From NCBI GenBank assembly GCA_965285935.1, contig OZ260664.1, positions 68,758,001 to 68,822,000 of the forward strand: a DNA stretch of 64,000 bases. Direction: 5' to 3'. Made by a program: the position numbers and the translations under genes. This DNA is from Ophelia neglecta. Lineage: Eukaryota. The notes beneath the pieces were generated by a model. The model searched no databases and was not told where the DNA came from. It saw nothing but the letters and a program-made list of their open reading frames with translations. Positions 1-12,910 of the stretch are shown here, one piece after another; position 1 is the stretch's first letter, and every line of letters begins with the position of its first letter.

Positions 1-37
<37 letters not shown>

Positions 38-57
38 AGGGGGGGGGGGGGGGGGGG
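1..57. repeat. (GA)n microsatellite followed by a poly-G run
   Basis: Seen directly: AG repeat at about 2-35 and a G homopolymer at 39-57. Confidence 0.95.
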
Positions 58-819
58 TAAAACACCGGACGCAGTACCATTTTCAAAGCATAAGTTGCCG
101 GTTTCTTTCATTCAATGGGTTGGTTTTTGATGATATTATATTTGGCTTATTCCGAGATACTATTAGCCTATCAAAGGGTTGGCTTCGCCCTAAAACACTA
201 AACCATTTCCGTTCTGAATTACACATTTAACCTAACGCCTTTCTAATGGGATTGGATTTCCTAAATTTCCTAAAGACTTGCGAAATTGTGAATTTTAAAA
301 TCTTTCTTGTCAATTCCATGTTCCCTGGGGGCGAGACAAAAGGCCATTCCTGTATTGCCTGTTTTTTTCTCGGTACAATAGCAGAGCGAGAGCTGTGTGT
401 TAATTGCCTTGTCCAAACAACCTGATGAGCACATATCTCACTATGGAGTAACTGTTAAACGTCAGAAACACGTTACGGAAAACATCTGAAGCAGACGGCT
501 GTGAGACAGACAACATAAAGCTCACTGGCCCCAGGCTTAATGGCTTTTAAGGTGATACTACTTATTTGCCAATTTCCAACATTTGAGGAAAATAAAATTA
601 CAAGATATTTTCCGCAGAGCATCGAGAACGCTCCGTCTAAATGTGTCTTTAACTTCCATTAGGAAATTGTCTACTCAATATTTGAAGAGCTTGCGTTGCA
701 AAACAGTGTATACATGACAGTGGTGCTGCTCGTAATTTGGCTGCTCGTTGTGTTCTTTCATCTCTCTTTCTCATCGAAAATTGGGCTTAAGCAAAGTTTA
801 ATTATTGATAAAGAACACC

Positions 820-2090
820 ATGGTGTAGTGTGCGGCTGGCAGTACTATTTACCGTTCTGGTGCTGAAGCATGTACTGCTAGTTGCTGTTTAGACGACGAT
901 CATTCAGCCATTTTCCTCAAGCAATCATGAAATGCTATGCGCTACTTATAGGAGACAATAACTCTCTGAGCAGCAAAACGAGAATAATGTACAAGATGAT
1001 GTCGGCCGTCTGCTCGATGATATCATACTAAAACGATGTGATGTACGGTTCTATAAATCTATAACCTCATCAATATAACTACTTCACAGAAACACCGTCA
1101 ACTGGATTGTACCTGTCACTGTTCAAGTGATATATCACATCGTCTCTTATTACCAATGCAGATTCTAACAACAATATTACATAGTATGCTATATCCAGTC
1201 TGAGTCTACGGATGAGCATACGACATGGAAGTTTACGTCAATGATGAGCGGTTTATATTTACAAACCAATGCCGGGATCGCAAATAGCTTAAATGATGAG
1301 AGCATTAGAGTACATTGTGTGATATGTCACCGCGAATGGAGCTCTTTGGAGGGTTCCACTATCGAGTTTACTGATTATCTAAAAGCCACAATCATAGTAC
1401 AAGACAGAGGCAGCCATAACGACACGAACATTTGGAATGATGTTATCAGGTTATAGAAAAACATCGCTTAGCATACCATAGATCCTATAGACCTGTTGGC
1501 GGCGGGAACCCGACAGTTATAAGAATAAAAAACTATGCAGCCATGACCCCAAAACAGCACTGACTGTAGAAGTCCCGTCAACCACGGTACATGTGGTGTT
1601 CAGTTAATTCCAGTTAATTTTTCTGATGCTCAACCATCACATGTATACATACCGTGAATATACGAACAGGGGATATCAACAACAACAATTATTTCAAAGA
1701 CTGAAAACATGGCTGACGGAGACATTTTTTTAATAATAACCTATGGATTCAGCACTATATAGTTCAAAGCTATGTACACATGAACGTATGTCACCTCCTA
1801 GACATAATACTACACGTGACGAAAATCAGACGGAAGACATAACTGAGTAGTCACATACGGCACATTTGCTTGCAAGATAAGGTTGCTCAACGCACAAGAA
1901 TTGCTCAGCTTGAGGAAACGATTCAGAACATTAGGAGTCCCTATCTAGACGGGACCTACGTTGACAAATTCGCCATCATTCTGGCAAAAGATATCTCATG
2001 ACAACCGCAGTGATATTTTTGTCATCTTAAGTATTTGTCTAGTAATCCAGACATTCATGTTTGCCTGATTAATGAGAGCGATGGTGTCAT
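820..2090 (+). pseudogene. Decayed type-I membrane glycoprotein, probably a retroelement env (class-I/F-type) fossil
   Basis: One frame from 830 reads a signal-like VRLAVLFTVLVLKHVLLVAV, then NWIVPVTVQV and the 1241-1456 ORF, with only 5 stops in about 209 codons. Further on are DVIRL*KNIA*HTIDPIDL, a Cys pair (DCRSPVNHGTCG), a heptad-like LQDKVAQRTRIAQLEETIQNI (1870-1932, shifted frame) and a TM-like IFVILSICLVIQTFMFA (2015-2065). ATG at 820 is one base out of frame. Confidence 0.4.
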
Positions 2091-2739
2091 CCAAATGAAA
2101 TTCCTGATTGAAAGCAATGGCATGATACTCAAAGTCACAAAGATAGTTGGCAGGCGGGCAAGTCCGTCAGAAACTCGACGCCCACCAGTGTATTTAACCC
2201 TCTGTTGTCTTTGCATTCAAACTAGTAGCCGTCTGTTGCGCTGCCATGGTAACATGGGAGTAGATCAGGCGACCTTTTCGTCTTGTTTGGCTTCATTACG
2301 GCGAGTTGGAAAGCTAATCGCGAGTGAAAGAAAAAAAGGCATGACTCATTATTTGAGGTTGCCCAAGTCATTCTTTCTTTCGAATGGCTCTGAGTCTGTC
2401 AAGTTGCATTGCGTGCTTGGCTAAGTTCGATCGTGTCAAATCAAAACTGCACAGGCAGTCCCAATTATATTCTGAGGTGATGGGGACAAGAAGTTTAATT
2501 TAGACTGGACTTTTGATGTAAATTTTCATACCATGGAAGCAACACTCATTTGAATTGATTGCCGATTAGCCGTGCCGCTATACTAAATAGTCCTTTGCGT
2601 AAAAGTGCTTTTGAAGATTTTACGTGGATTTGAAATTCCGACTAACGTGTTTGGTAGGTTAACTGTGAAATCCTCTAGAACAACATAGACACTCCGCGAC
2701 AGACGATGGCAGGGCGTTACCCTCCTGTATCTAAGCAGG

Positions 2740-3200
2740 ATGTACCATCTTATAGAAGGATGTCTCCTTGGGCAAGCGAACCTGCTGTTAAGATAGCTGA
2801 CAGCAAAAGTTCTCTTTTTTTTACAAGGCTGCAATGTTGCCGGCAATGTCTTTATAATACTAACCAGATACAATACGGTTCGAGAATCGTGTTATGGGTG
2901 TCCTCGAATCAGCATTTATCTCATCACAAGAGAATGAAAACGTCCATGACTCACTCTAAATTCTCACTGTATTTAATGTACTCTGGAGAAAACATGTTGC
3001 ATGTCATGGTACATCTGGACAATTTCACACCAGACGATCTCAAGGAAAAGTGGGAGCACCAAAAAGGACATGGCACGAAGAAGGAGATGCTATAAAAGAC
3101 AGAGGCAGATCGTGAAAACGCACTCGCCATACAAAATTAACATGTGTGCTTGTATGATAGTAGCAACAGACGGCATTTCCACTTTCAGCCGATTACTGAA
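2740..3200 (+). mobile_element. Possible Sola-type transposase fossil
   Basis: YRR...LFF..QCCRQC followed by LKEKWEHQ..KKEML*KTEADRENA..HVCLYD resembles the CxxC, K..DKE.A and V..FD order of Sola transposases. Manual reading only. Confidence 0.25.
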
Positions 3201-3329
3201 TCAAGTCGGGGACCATATGCATGCAATTATTCAAAGTATTATCGAATTTCCATATGGACAACCGACGCTCTCTGACAGATCTATGGGCAAACCATCAACA
3301 TACAAATGCAGCGGTCAATATATTACGGT

Positions 3330-4870
3330 CTTAGAGCTATTGCCAGCATCCAAGCTTAAGCCTGAAAAAAATGAAATTATAAGTAGCTGTTTTTATCCCT
3401 TAATTTCAAAGGCATTCTGACTCACAGCATATACGAGCCAAATAAATTCACCCCTTTTAAGAAAAAATTTGAATTTTTAATTCATAACCGGATTTTTGTG
3501 TTGATACAATTTTCATGGTTTTAAATATAGCCATGTATCTTAGCCACAGTAGTCCCCACGGCTGGACACACGCCATCCGTAATATTGGTGGGTAGGCCAA
3601 GAGACTACCTTTATTTTGAAGACTCCCCTGGGGACGAGTAGACCCGGACAGGTTGATTGCGTTGGGCAGTAAGCCTTAATTGCCCGCCTGCCCTGATTTC
3701 GACCTCTTAGATGGGCTGGCTTGGAGTGTGATTGGTAAAGCTCTTCGCAGCTACGCGGGGCGGGGGGGGGGGGGGCAATCTTTCTCCAGGGCATGTCTGG
3801 GAAAGAATTTGTCTGCTTATGGTCTAATCATGTGCCTACAGAATACTGATTCCTTCCTGTCTTAAGTATGGCTTAAAGTGACCTTTTTTCAACTGAAGGA
3901 GACTCTAGGTTCAGGTGTTGCCCTTGGCCAGGACACAAAAACCACAATATTAACCAAAGGTAAGGCCCTGCCTGGCCAAATGGTGCTTGAGACTTTCCGG
4001 GGGCTCGGCAGAGGCTTTGAAGAAAGTACCAGCGGTAAAAAGGCTCCATTAGTCACTGTCCTTAGCCAGTTGACCTTGTCCAGTGGCCTTGAGACGTTCT
4101 CCATCAAGTCAACAGCAAGTCCTGTGTACGTCGGGGATTATATAATACCTGATAAAGCCGAGCACGAAATAGCCAAGACATGGGTGTCCTTGTTGCCCGG
4201 AAACGCATTATGGTGGTAATGTTTTCTTGTCTTGTCTGCCAGTTTGGAAAGTTTTGCAAATATCGGGGTTTGTGATACAATAAAATAATCCCCATTGCTT
4301 TGATGTATGAGGATTCATATCGATGAAGATTGCGATAAAAATGAGCCATGGTGAAGTCAAATCTCATAACAAAACTGGTAACAGCATGGCTTTGTGCAAA
4401 GTATGGCGTCTCAAGCAGTAGATTTGTTCAAAGAACCCTTGTGCGTTTCCCTGGCTATATTTTGTTAATCTAGTCTTGCCTCTCGCCATGTCTGTCTTCA
4501 TATTTCGGGACAATCCCAATTAAAGCCATTGATATCAAAAATAAGTCCAAAGACTGTTCAGTTTTTGGTGTGCCTTATCACAACGAAGGATATCATTATC
4601 TGCGATGATTGCATGGACTGTATAGGTATAAGTTGCGTGTTTCTGCTTGCCCTAGTTTAAATCAGAGTAGCTTTATGCCATTCAAGGAATCAATGACGTC
4701 GCTGCAGTCATCGAAGCTCCTCACCGGGAGAGGCAGACATGTCGAGCTGCACGCAACCCCTCTTCCATGCTCGAGTATCCGAGCCAGTTGGCAACTAACC
4801 CCACATTTACTGTCCATTCTGGCCCCTTTTCTTGGAACCAGGTACGCCATTAATCAAATCTACCATCTTT
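3330..4870 (-). mobile_element. DIRS/Ngaro-type retrotransposon RT-RNase H fossil
   Basis: Colinear motifs on the minus strand: LVPRKG (4841-4824), SFDDCSDVIDSLNGIKLL (4718-4665), YTGLAVD..PLDKV (about 4130-4070), WPGRAL (about 3978-3961) and ATYNFIFF..G (about 3390-3345). These match the DIRS consensus VPKK, S.DDA..I, FLG..ID..P.DK, V.PGR.FL and NF.I...H.PG. Confidence 0.55.
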
Positions 4871-7454
4871 GTTAGTTTCAATCTCTTACTTCCGATAGTT
4901 CGCAGCCGGGGTGCCAAGACAAATGATCACTCAATTCGCCGTATTTTTCATTTCAGAAAAGTGCAGACATTTGACATTTAAACCCATCTTTAAAATCATT
5001 TTTATTTTCAAAAATCATTTTTATTTTCCAAAACACATAAACTCTAACTTGTAATAATATCCAGTGTTTTCAAGTCAAAAAATAAGGTTAGTAACGCGTC
5101 ATCTTACTTGATTTTATCTAATGGTTTTCCTTTGCTGATTCCTCCTTAGTATTTTTACTTTATTAATATTAAAAATTCATATTATATTAAATATAAGTTA
5201 CTTTTAGCCTGGTCTATATATTACCATGAGATTTATATCATTGTTTACATGTATTTTCTAGTGCATGTAAGCCTTAATGATATATAATTACAAATAAGAA
5301 GGTATTCATACTAAAAATTTATGTAATCCTTCAATTTTTCTGATTGTTCAGTGGGCTAAAGAACATCTACCATTGTTTCAGCGATATATAAATGGGGTTA
5401 TGAACAAACAAATAAAATAATAAATAACTGATGCTTCAAACTCAGCGCCGTTGACATGATACTGCTCGCTATTATCCCAACCGTCTTTGACAATCGTTAA
5501 GACTGTCTCATAAACTAAGACGCCTGTGGTGGTCGTCTGGAAAACGCTCGAGGGAAGATAGGTAACGAGCTAGAAAATATATGAGTATATAACGAGGAAC
5601 GAGTAGAGATACCGACGGAAGTCCCGTCCCTCCAGACCGTCATAAACGGAACACATAAAGTTTTATCTTGTTTTGTTTTACTCAGAGATAAGTTGCCTTC
5701 CGTTCCATTGATGTCTTTATGAACTGATGGTAAGGGGTTAAATCCAATTCATAATCAACATTTGCAAAGAAAGACCACATATAAGAACCCTTCCCTTGTC
5801 ATTTCATACTAAATGATATACTAGGACGGTGGTGCGCTGTGTCACAATGCTTTTCTCAAAAATATTCTTAAATAAATGGTTCCCCGGGTAGGCTATAGAT
5901 TTGTCTTCCTAACTGTGAAAACACCTTCCTGGCCCATATATGATTCCTACAAATAAAACATCCCCCCACTTTCGTCACGTAGGATGAGAAAAAAATCTTC
6001 CCTCCAGATACAAACACTGGGGCACATTCCTGCACACCCCACGGCTGATGGTTTTCCGAATAAGGACACCTCGAGGGCATTAAGCTCACTATAATATAAT
6101 CACTTCCTGATTATTTCTGTTAACATAATTGCAATTTTCTCGGCTTGCGACTGGTGCTTGCTCTTAATAAGACAAAACATTTATACTCAATTAGGTCATG
6201 ACTTGTCTATAGAGGGGGGAAGAGATGTACTTAGGCAAGTCAATCTTATTTACCAAATTAATGACTTAGAATATACACTAGTGATGCACTTAAATATTTC
6301 TAGCTTAAAAGTTTAAAACCGCGCGTATAGATGAGACAATGCAGTTCTTTGAGAACGGCGCTCTATTCCATTGCAATACACCACAAAACTCACAAAACTA
6401 TTTTATATGTCAGTCACTGTGCACAGGAATACACTTTTCATTTGAGGACTAACGTTGACTTTCGCCTGTGTCTGCCGTCCTACTCTTCACATAGTTGCTG
6501 GCTTCTCGGGGCGCCCAATCCTGTCTGCGTACTTTTTGCATTCTGCATTTTTCCCCTGAAGCAGACAGATTGTTTTTGTTGTTTGAATAACCTGTTTCTT
6601 AAGGCCCTTTCCGTTGTCGCTGCAGACTTGTCGTCTGCAATTAGTAGTGTATTTAATGGGAATTGAGTTCTGCGAAATTGTCAATCATGGTTAGATACAA
6701 TGAGCTTCATATGGCCAGACGGCTTTATAAATTGCCTGCTGTGTTTTGCTCAAAGCTTATCATTGGAAGCCATGGCTTATAGAAGTTTAAGTCTGAGCTT
6801 TCTATGAATACCATATACTGGAAAATCTCTATCATGTCAAACGACAAATCGGCCTCAGTGGCTTCATAAGCAATGGAATACCAGAATATGTATTATGAAG
6901 TTGGTGATAACCTATAAAAAAGAAAAAAAAATCGTATTTGACAAACGTAATCTAAACCTCCATACGAGGCACTTCATTACATTTCATATTGCTCATATTT
7001 TTCATCTGCATGCGCGATATCCTTGCCACAATATGAGCCAAATATGTACAAGCCATTGCTGCAGTCCAAAGGTCAGCCTCTGTCGACAACCGAGTTCTCT
7101 GCTCTCCTGTTTTTATTACACTTTCATTTTCTATGTTTGCGATACACTCGAGACACTCGCGCGAACCTGGTAAACAGCCGATAAAATGGCAGCGACATAT
7201 AATCCCTAGATTGAGAGGAACGCCCAAATGCCAGGACTATTTAGTCATAATTTATTAGTATTGTTGAAAAACTAGCCTATGAAATAAACCCATCATATAT
7301 TAGGTAATGAGAATACACATTGTTCTAACAAATAGTCGGTGACCAGTATTCTTGCTGGGTTATTTTTTCAGTGGCCTCCGCCTCTAACCACACTCCAATT
7401 AAAAGAATCTTTATATTATCGCCCCCATCTTCCGTTTTCCTCGTCCATCTATTA

Positions 7455-7550
7455 TCAAGGCTTCGTTACTATAAAGATGATTGTGAAAAAAAAAATCACA
7501 AGTCCAATGACCCAGTAGATCAGTATATCAAGATATTAAATTCATGTTGC
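7455..7550 (-). pseudogene. env fossil, transmembrane part (beyond the LINE insertion)
   Basis: In frame with 12601->11690 after deleting the LINE plus one ATTTAT copy: ..SSIN|AT*I*YLDILIYWVIGLVIFFFTIIFIVTKP*. The 20-aa hydrophobic helix lies at 7526-7467. Confidence 0.55.
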
Positions 7551-7556
7551 ATTTAT

Positions 7557-7974
7557 GTTATATGTGCAACAAATCGAAATAGATATCGATGAAACGGACG
7601 ATGACATAGTGCGCGACACCAGAGGTTTCGCCGAATCAAAGGGAGTGAGAGTGATGTCAGCCAAAGTTATAAGAAATAGGAGGAATGACTATGTTGTGGG
7701 CTGTAAAATCTTTGTCAACGAGGTTAATGCCCCTAAATTGATGCACAAAAACTTTTGGCCGAACGGGATTTTGTGTAGGAAATGGGAACAATCCCCACCT
7801 GGATCGAGAAGCCGAGAATATTATCCTACTTCTAGCCAGAATGCTGGGACAGGAGAGAGGGGACATATTGGGCGAGACTACGACCCTGACAGATCTAGAG
7901 GATGGGAAGGCAGGACGAACAACGGGATTAAATTCTTTGACTATAATCACTGTAATGGACCAAGCAACTATTAA
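7557..7974 (+). CDS. LINE ORF1, C-terminal fragment (5'-truncated)
   Basis: LYVQQI..DETDDDI..KGVRVMSAKVIRNR..VVGCKIFV..FWPNGILCRKW is the typical ORF1 C-terminal FWP.G..R.W signature. Stop TAA at 7972-7974. The ATG at 7555 is created by the insertion junction. Confidence 0.8.
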
Positions 7975-10900
7975 CACTATATCGAATAAAAAGCATCTAT
8001 GTTTTGGTCAGTGGAATTGCAGAGGGTTCACAGGCTCACAGAGCTATATAATAACACTGCTCAACAGCTGTGATGTCCTAGCAATCAGTGAACACTTCTT
8101 GTTCCCCCACGAGCTTCATAAGCTTATTAATGTTCACCCGCAATTTAATGGAACTGCTAAGTCAAGCTCATGTCTGAAAAGTGAAATGTACGGACATCGT
8201 ATTGGTAGTGGCGGTGTTGGCCTACTGTGGAGGAAAGACCTTTATAATGTAAAAATTATTGGTAATATTGAAAGCGACAGAATTTGTGGCATACAAATTA
8301 TAAGCGCGCAAAATGTAACACTATCTATTCTCTCTGTATATCTACCGCAGCAACAATGTAAATCTACCTCTTTTAATGATGTTAAAGATGAACTTGAAAG
8401 TATAGTGTCTAATTTAAACGAAACTGGATCAATTATTGTATTGGGTGACTTTAACGTTCAACTTGATAAACAGCATGGCCCTAGAGGATGCGAAAATAGT
8501 GATACGACTTTAAACAGTAAACTTTTGACTGCATTTATATTAACTTCATGTCTTACTGTCATTGATCTGTCAAATGTATGTGAAGGTCCTAAATATACAT
8601 ATGTTGGGTATAATGATACATCTTCATATATTGACCATTGCCTGATATCAACAACACTAAATAAACATATTTTGAATTGCCGAATCATTGATAATGAGAT
8701 TTCTATTACATCTGATCACTTACCTATATTGACTACTATTGATATATCCGCTGTCTGTAGAACGGTGTATGTGGACATGACCCCTGTAACATCCCGAAAC
8801 TGGAAGAAACTTAGCGATGAGCAGATAGCAGCTACCTACACCGCATGTATGGACTGCCATATGAACAAACTAAAATGCCACCCACTAGAAGTACATAAAG
8901 ACATAGATCACTATGTGAAAGAATTAACCACAGTAATGACTCAAACAGCAGATTCATATATTCCAAAGACTTTGTACAGAAAATGGTTGAAACCATATTG
9001 GAATGTAACCTTAAATGATATCAAATGTGAACATAAGAACAACTACTACCGATGGCGGGAAGCCGGCAAACCGCGAGATAATTTCAATCCCACATTCATG
9101 GCGTACAAAATCTCCAAATCCAATTACAGGAGAGCTAGGCGGAAAGCTGAGCATGAAAAGGACGAGAACGAGCAATCAGATATTATTAGAAGCGGTGAAA
9201 TCAACCAGAACTACTACTGGAGAATCGTATCTAAGAGGATGAAGAAACAAGCCGGAGCAAGAATTAATATTATTATAGGAGAAGATGGGAACCTATTGAC
9301 TGATATCGACGAAATTCGCGACGACTGGAGAAAATACTTCACCTACCTGGTTAGCCCGAAAGAAGAAACGTGCTACGATAATCATTTCAAACAAATTATC
9401 GAGGCAAAAGTCAATGAATACGACGTCACATCGTATAAAAATCACGATAGTATCTTGGACGAACCGATCACATACCGTGAAGTTCAGGCAACGATCATCC
9501 GTTCAAACTTAGGAAAAGCGGGAAGCTTTGATGGACTAACCTCAGAAAACTTGAAATACGGGGGAAATAATCTCCTGTATAACCTAACCAGACTGTATAA
9601 CGCCGTGATTGATTTGGAGTATGTACCAAAAGACTTTCGTCGTGCAATTGAGATTCCCTTATTCAAAGGAGGGGGAAAAGATCCTCGCTTAAAAGACAAT
9701 TACCGAAGGATTAGTCTTCTTCCATCTATGTCAAAGATCCTTGAGGGGATATTCTACACCAGATTAACGGCGTGGACATCACAGCAAGGACTCATCCACC
9801 AGCTCCAGGGAGCAGCACAACCCCGCTGTTCCAGCCTCCACTCTACTCTAGTGCTAAGACAAACCGTCCAGGAGCACCTTAGTGGAGGAGACGCAGTGTA
9901 CGTCACTCTACTTGACTGCAGGAAGGCTTTTGACACCGTCTGGATTGAGGGACTTTTCTACAAACTTTTCAACATGGGATTAAAAGGGAAAACTTACCGA
10001 ATATTAAGACTATGGTACCATGATTTCCTCAGCGCCGTGAGAGTGGGACGGGGCATCTCTGAGGTTCAGCGTACTCCAGGGTCTCCACCAAGGAGGTATG
10101 CTGTCGATGCTACTCTTTGTATTATACTACAATGATATGATAGACCGGCTGTCTAATGCTGATACCGGATGTTACCTCTACGGCATAAACTGTTCGACTC
10201 CTGTCTTCGCCGATGACGTGTCACTGATCACATCTTTTCGTTGGTCAATGACTAAAATGCTCGATATCGTCTACCAATACAGCAAACTTTGGCGACTAGG
10301 TTTTAATGTGACAAAGTGTGAGATGCTGAAGTTTGGCCAACAGAGTCCTATTACAGATGACCGTTTATATATGGGGCCTGGGTTAATCCCCGTGACAGAA
10401 GGTACAGTGCATCTTGGAGTCCCACTGGCATGTAATGCTAAAGAGATGCGAAGCCTCCTAATGAAACGGATTAATAAAACACGAACGAAGATGATTTCCG
10501 TCCTCGGGATAGGAACGGCCAACAGACGATTCAATACCATCACATTGTCAAAGTTATATTGGTCTATCGTGATCCCAGGTTTTCTCTATGGCCTTGATCT
10601 GGTGAACATAGGCCCTCAATTAATGGAGACATTGGAAATGGAACATAGGCGAAATGCTCGGCTTATTCAGAACCTGTCAGCTAACACAAGTAACGCGGCA
10701 GTGTTAGCACCATTAGGATGGAGAACCATACAGTCTTATCTAGATCTACAAAGACTTAAATTACTCAGAGACCTCCTAGCTCTGCCTATAAACTGTATAT
10801 ACCGACTGGTGACAATACGAGCAGTGACTAAGCATGACAACGGCTGTCAGTTGCCTTCAGACAGCTCTCTGAGTGTCCTGCTGCGGACTTTCCTGAAATA

Positions 10901-11435
10901 CGGAATGGGAGGCACACTGATATCATGGATTCACTCTGGTAAAGTGCCACCGAAATCACAGTGGAAGAAACATGCCCAAGATGTGACCAAGCAAATACTA
11001 GAACATAAATGGAAAATGCAGATTGCTATGACACCCAGTCTTAACACCTACAGATTGGTGGTCGGCAATTATGAGTGTCTCGGTTGGTGGAAATCAGCCA
11101 GTACAATGTCAGCAGTAAGAGGGGTACAGACTATCCTTAAACTGATTACCAAGACATCAGTTCTTTACACCCATCTCGGGAAATTCGTCTCACCTAACAA
11201 CCCCGTATGTCCTCTATGTCTGTCGGAGAGAGAGAGTATGCAGCACTTCCTACTGCAATGTTTTTCTCATAGCACGGAAAGGAACTTAATACACCAGTCC
11301 ATAACAGAAGTTAATGAATTTGAAGATCCATGCGTACGGTATCTACGATGGGAATCCTACTTACCGGAGGCCCGAGAAACAGTGCTGTCTCTAATCGCAG
11401 GGATGTATCAGAGGCGTGTCCACAACACCCAATAG
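7955..11435 (+). pseudogene. LINE ORF2: AP-endonuclease, reverse transcriptase and C-terminal CCHC motif, with one frameshift at about 10064
   Basis: APE motifs WNCRG, SEHFL, SVYLP, LGDFN, YIDH and SDHLP. RT motifs YRRISLL, LDCRKAFDTV, (QGLHQG)GMLS, FADDV and HLG. Terminal CPLC..ESMQHFLLQC. GAG-G-TTC-AGC-GTA-CTC-CAG-GGT at 10061-10082 restores SE(W)FSVLQGLHQGGMLS if 2 bp are added. Confidence 0.92.
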
Positions 11436-11689
11436 TCAGGCGGGGGATGTATCTCGGTAGACTATATATCCGACTTGTTATAGATTTGTATACATAATCA
11501 GTTCTCATTCTACATAACCTTATATGTTTGTCGTTTTTTCTTTTTTCGTTGCATTGAACAGTCAATAATCCATCTTTTTGTTTTTCACTTTTTCTCTTTC
11601 AAATGTAAACCGATTGCTTCATTAATATCGTACTATGTATATGCTCTCCAGAAAGTGGAGGTACAATAAACATATATATATATATATAT

Positions 11690-12910
11690 ATTTATAGAAC
11701 TTAGTGCACTGGTCAGTTCTTTTGTGGATGGCATAGAACTTATAAATACGGCAAGTTTTTCCTCTGGACGGGCGTACGGATACGCTTGTGGATGGATTTG
11801 TGTAGGATACTCGGAATTAAGCAGACGAGTAGAAATGAGTAGAGCTGTTCGCACCCGTATGTTTGAACTTGTTAGTACACAAACCCCCTGGCAAGGCCTC
11901 TGTTCGTTCTAATCATATAACCGACGGATTTCATTCCCTTCTTTTGTCAGTTTAGAATTGAAGTTTCCACCGTTGTCTCCATCGAACCCTAAAAGGTGCT
12001 TCTGAATTTTGTTGATGTTTCTACATGAAAACACATACCTAATAAAATACAGAACGAAATGCATCAAGCATTAATATTTACAGTTCTTTCCATCGCAATT
12101 CATTGGACAAATCCAAATATTGGGTCAATAGATGCTTTGGCCTGGTACACAGACCAGACTGAGTGTATCAGTATGCACCCCTTGAGTAACTTTTTTATTT
12201 TCCATCAATCCCAGCGGGCCTGTTGACAGTGGTGCTCTGATTGCTTTTCGCAGTAAACCTGATTTACAAACGCTTCATGATTAAGACCGCCTGGACCGGT
12301 TTAAGTCCGGGGAGAGTCGTCCACGGTACGGCAGAGGTCGCCGGTAAACCCCTCGCGCCTCCAGGTCACGTACACCGCTACCCAAGGCCTCAGTGATCGC
12401 GGTCAACGCTTTATGGGATTGCAATCCAAATCCTACGCACAATTTCCTCGTCAGGCATTTTCAAAGGCTCAGCAAGGTTTGATGGCTAGCTTTACCTAAA
12501 CAACATTATTTGTGACGGTTTATATTACACCATAAACCAGAATCGGAATTGCCTACCAATGGTTAGCCGCAAACCAGGGAACCAGATATAACTCCCAAAG
12601 TGGCAAGTTTATAAAGATCTGACTTTATGTGGAAAATACCATGATTCCAAAAGATGAAATGTCCAGTATACAAAGACAAAAAGAAATATGTAAGAATGCA
12701 TATATGAAGCGTTTACCAAAGGATACTTGTGAAATAATGTATGTTTGATATAGCATCCAAAGTTAAAAACAAAGGTCACCAAGAATATATCCTGTCCGGT
12801 ATGATTGTCCACTCCTTTTAAGAAACTTTGCCGCAGTCTTCTTTCACCTCTGACTCATACCCGAGCAATATCAAGTGTTGTATTTTACACTGGGCAAATA
12901 CATTTCTCAT
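11690..12910 (-). pseudogene. env (class-I/F-type fusion glycoprotein) fossil, ectodomain part
   Basis: HKVR|SL at the expected cleavage position (12629-12612). Then a single frame 12601->11690 (about 304 codons, 8 stops) with fusion-peptide-like TLGVISGSLV, GVRDL..GRLSPDL (12322-12302), IRAPL, a Cys cluster (C..IWICPMNC..NC..CL..C) and PCQGVCVLT. Confidence 0.55.

Larger units (their letters stand above)
7557..11689 (+). mobile_element. Young 5'-truncated non-LTR retrotransposon (LINE, tentatively RTE-X clade)
   Basis: ORF1 C-terminus plus ORF2 (APE-RT-CCHC). The 3' UTR ends in a CTCCA-GAAAG-TGGAG hairpin (11646-11660), AATAAA (11665-11670) and a (TA)n tail (11672-11689). Flanked by direct repeat ATTTAT (7551-7556 and 11690-11695). 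The clade is inferred from the SEHFL endonuclease motif, ORF1 type and microsatellite tail. Confidence 0.93.

Noticed and set aside
1630-1680. GMYTC on the minus strand as the missing Ig exon
   Set aside because: It lacks the Asp, runs into a stop three codons later and has no exon boundaries.
3360-3600. Extension of the Sola-like fossil (NEIISSCFY, SDS..SQIN)
   Set aside because: The same bases read at least as well as the DIRS RNase H end on the opposite strand, so the call is ambiguous.
7841-7954. N-terminal extension of ORF2 given by the ORF track
   Set aside because: It overlaps ORF1 coding sequence. The Met at 7955, just before the APE domain, is the more plausible start.
10055-10100. 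Programmed ribosomal frameshift between the 764-aa and 445-aa ORFs
   Set aside because: No slippery sequence. The break lies inside a conserved RT motif and is explained by a 2-bp loss (mutation or assembly error).
7657-11565. Antisense and alternate-frame ORFs inside the LINE
   Set aside because: Shadows of the long sense ORFs with no protein motifs.
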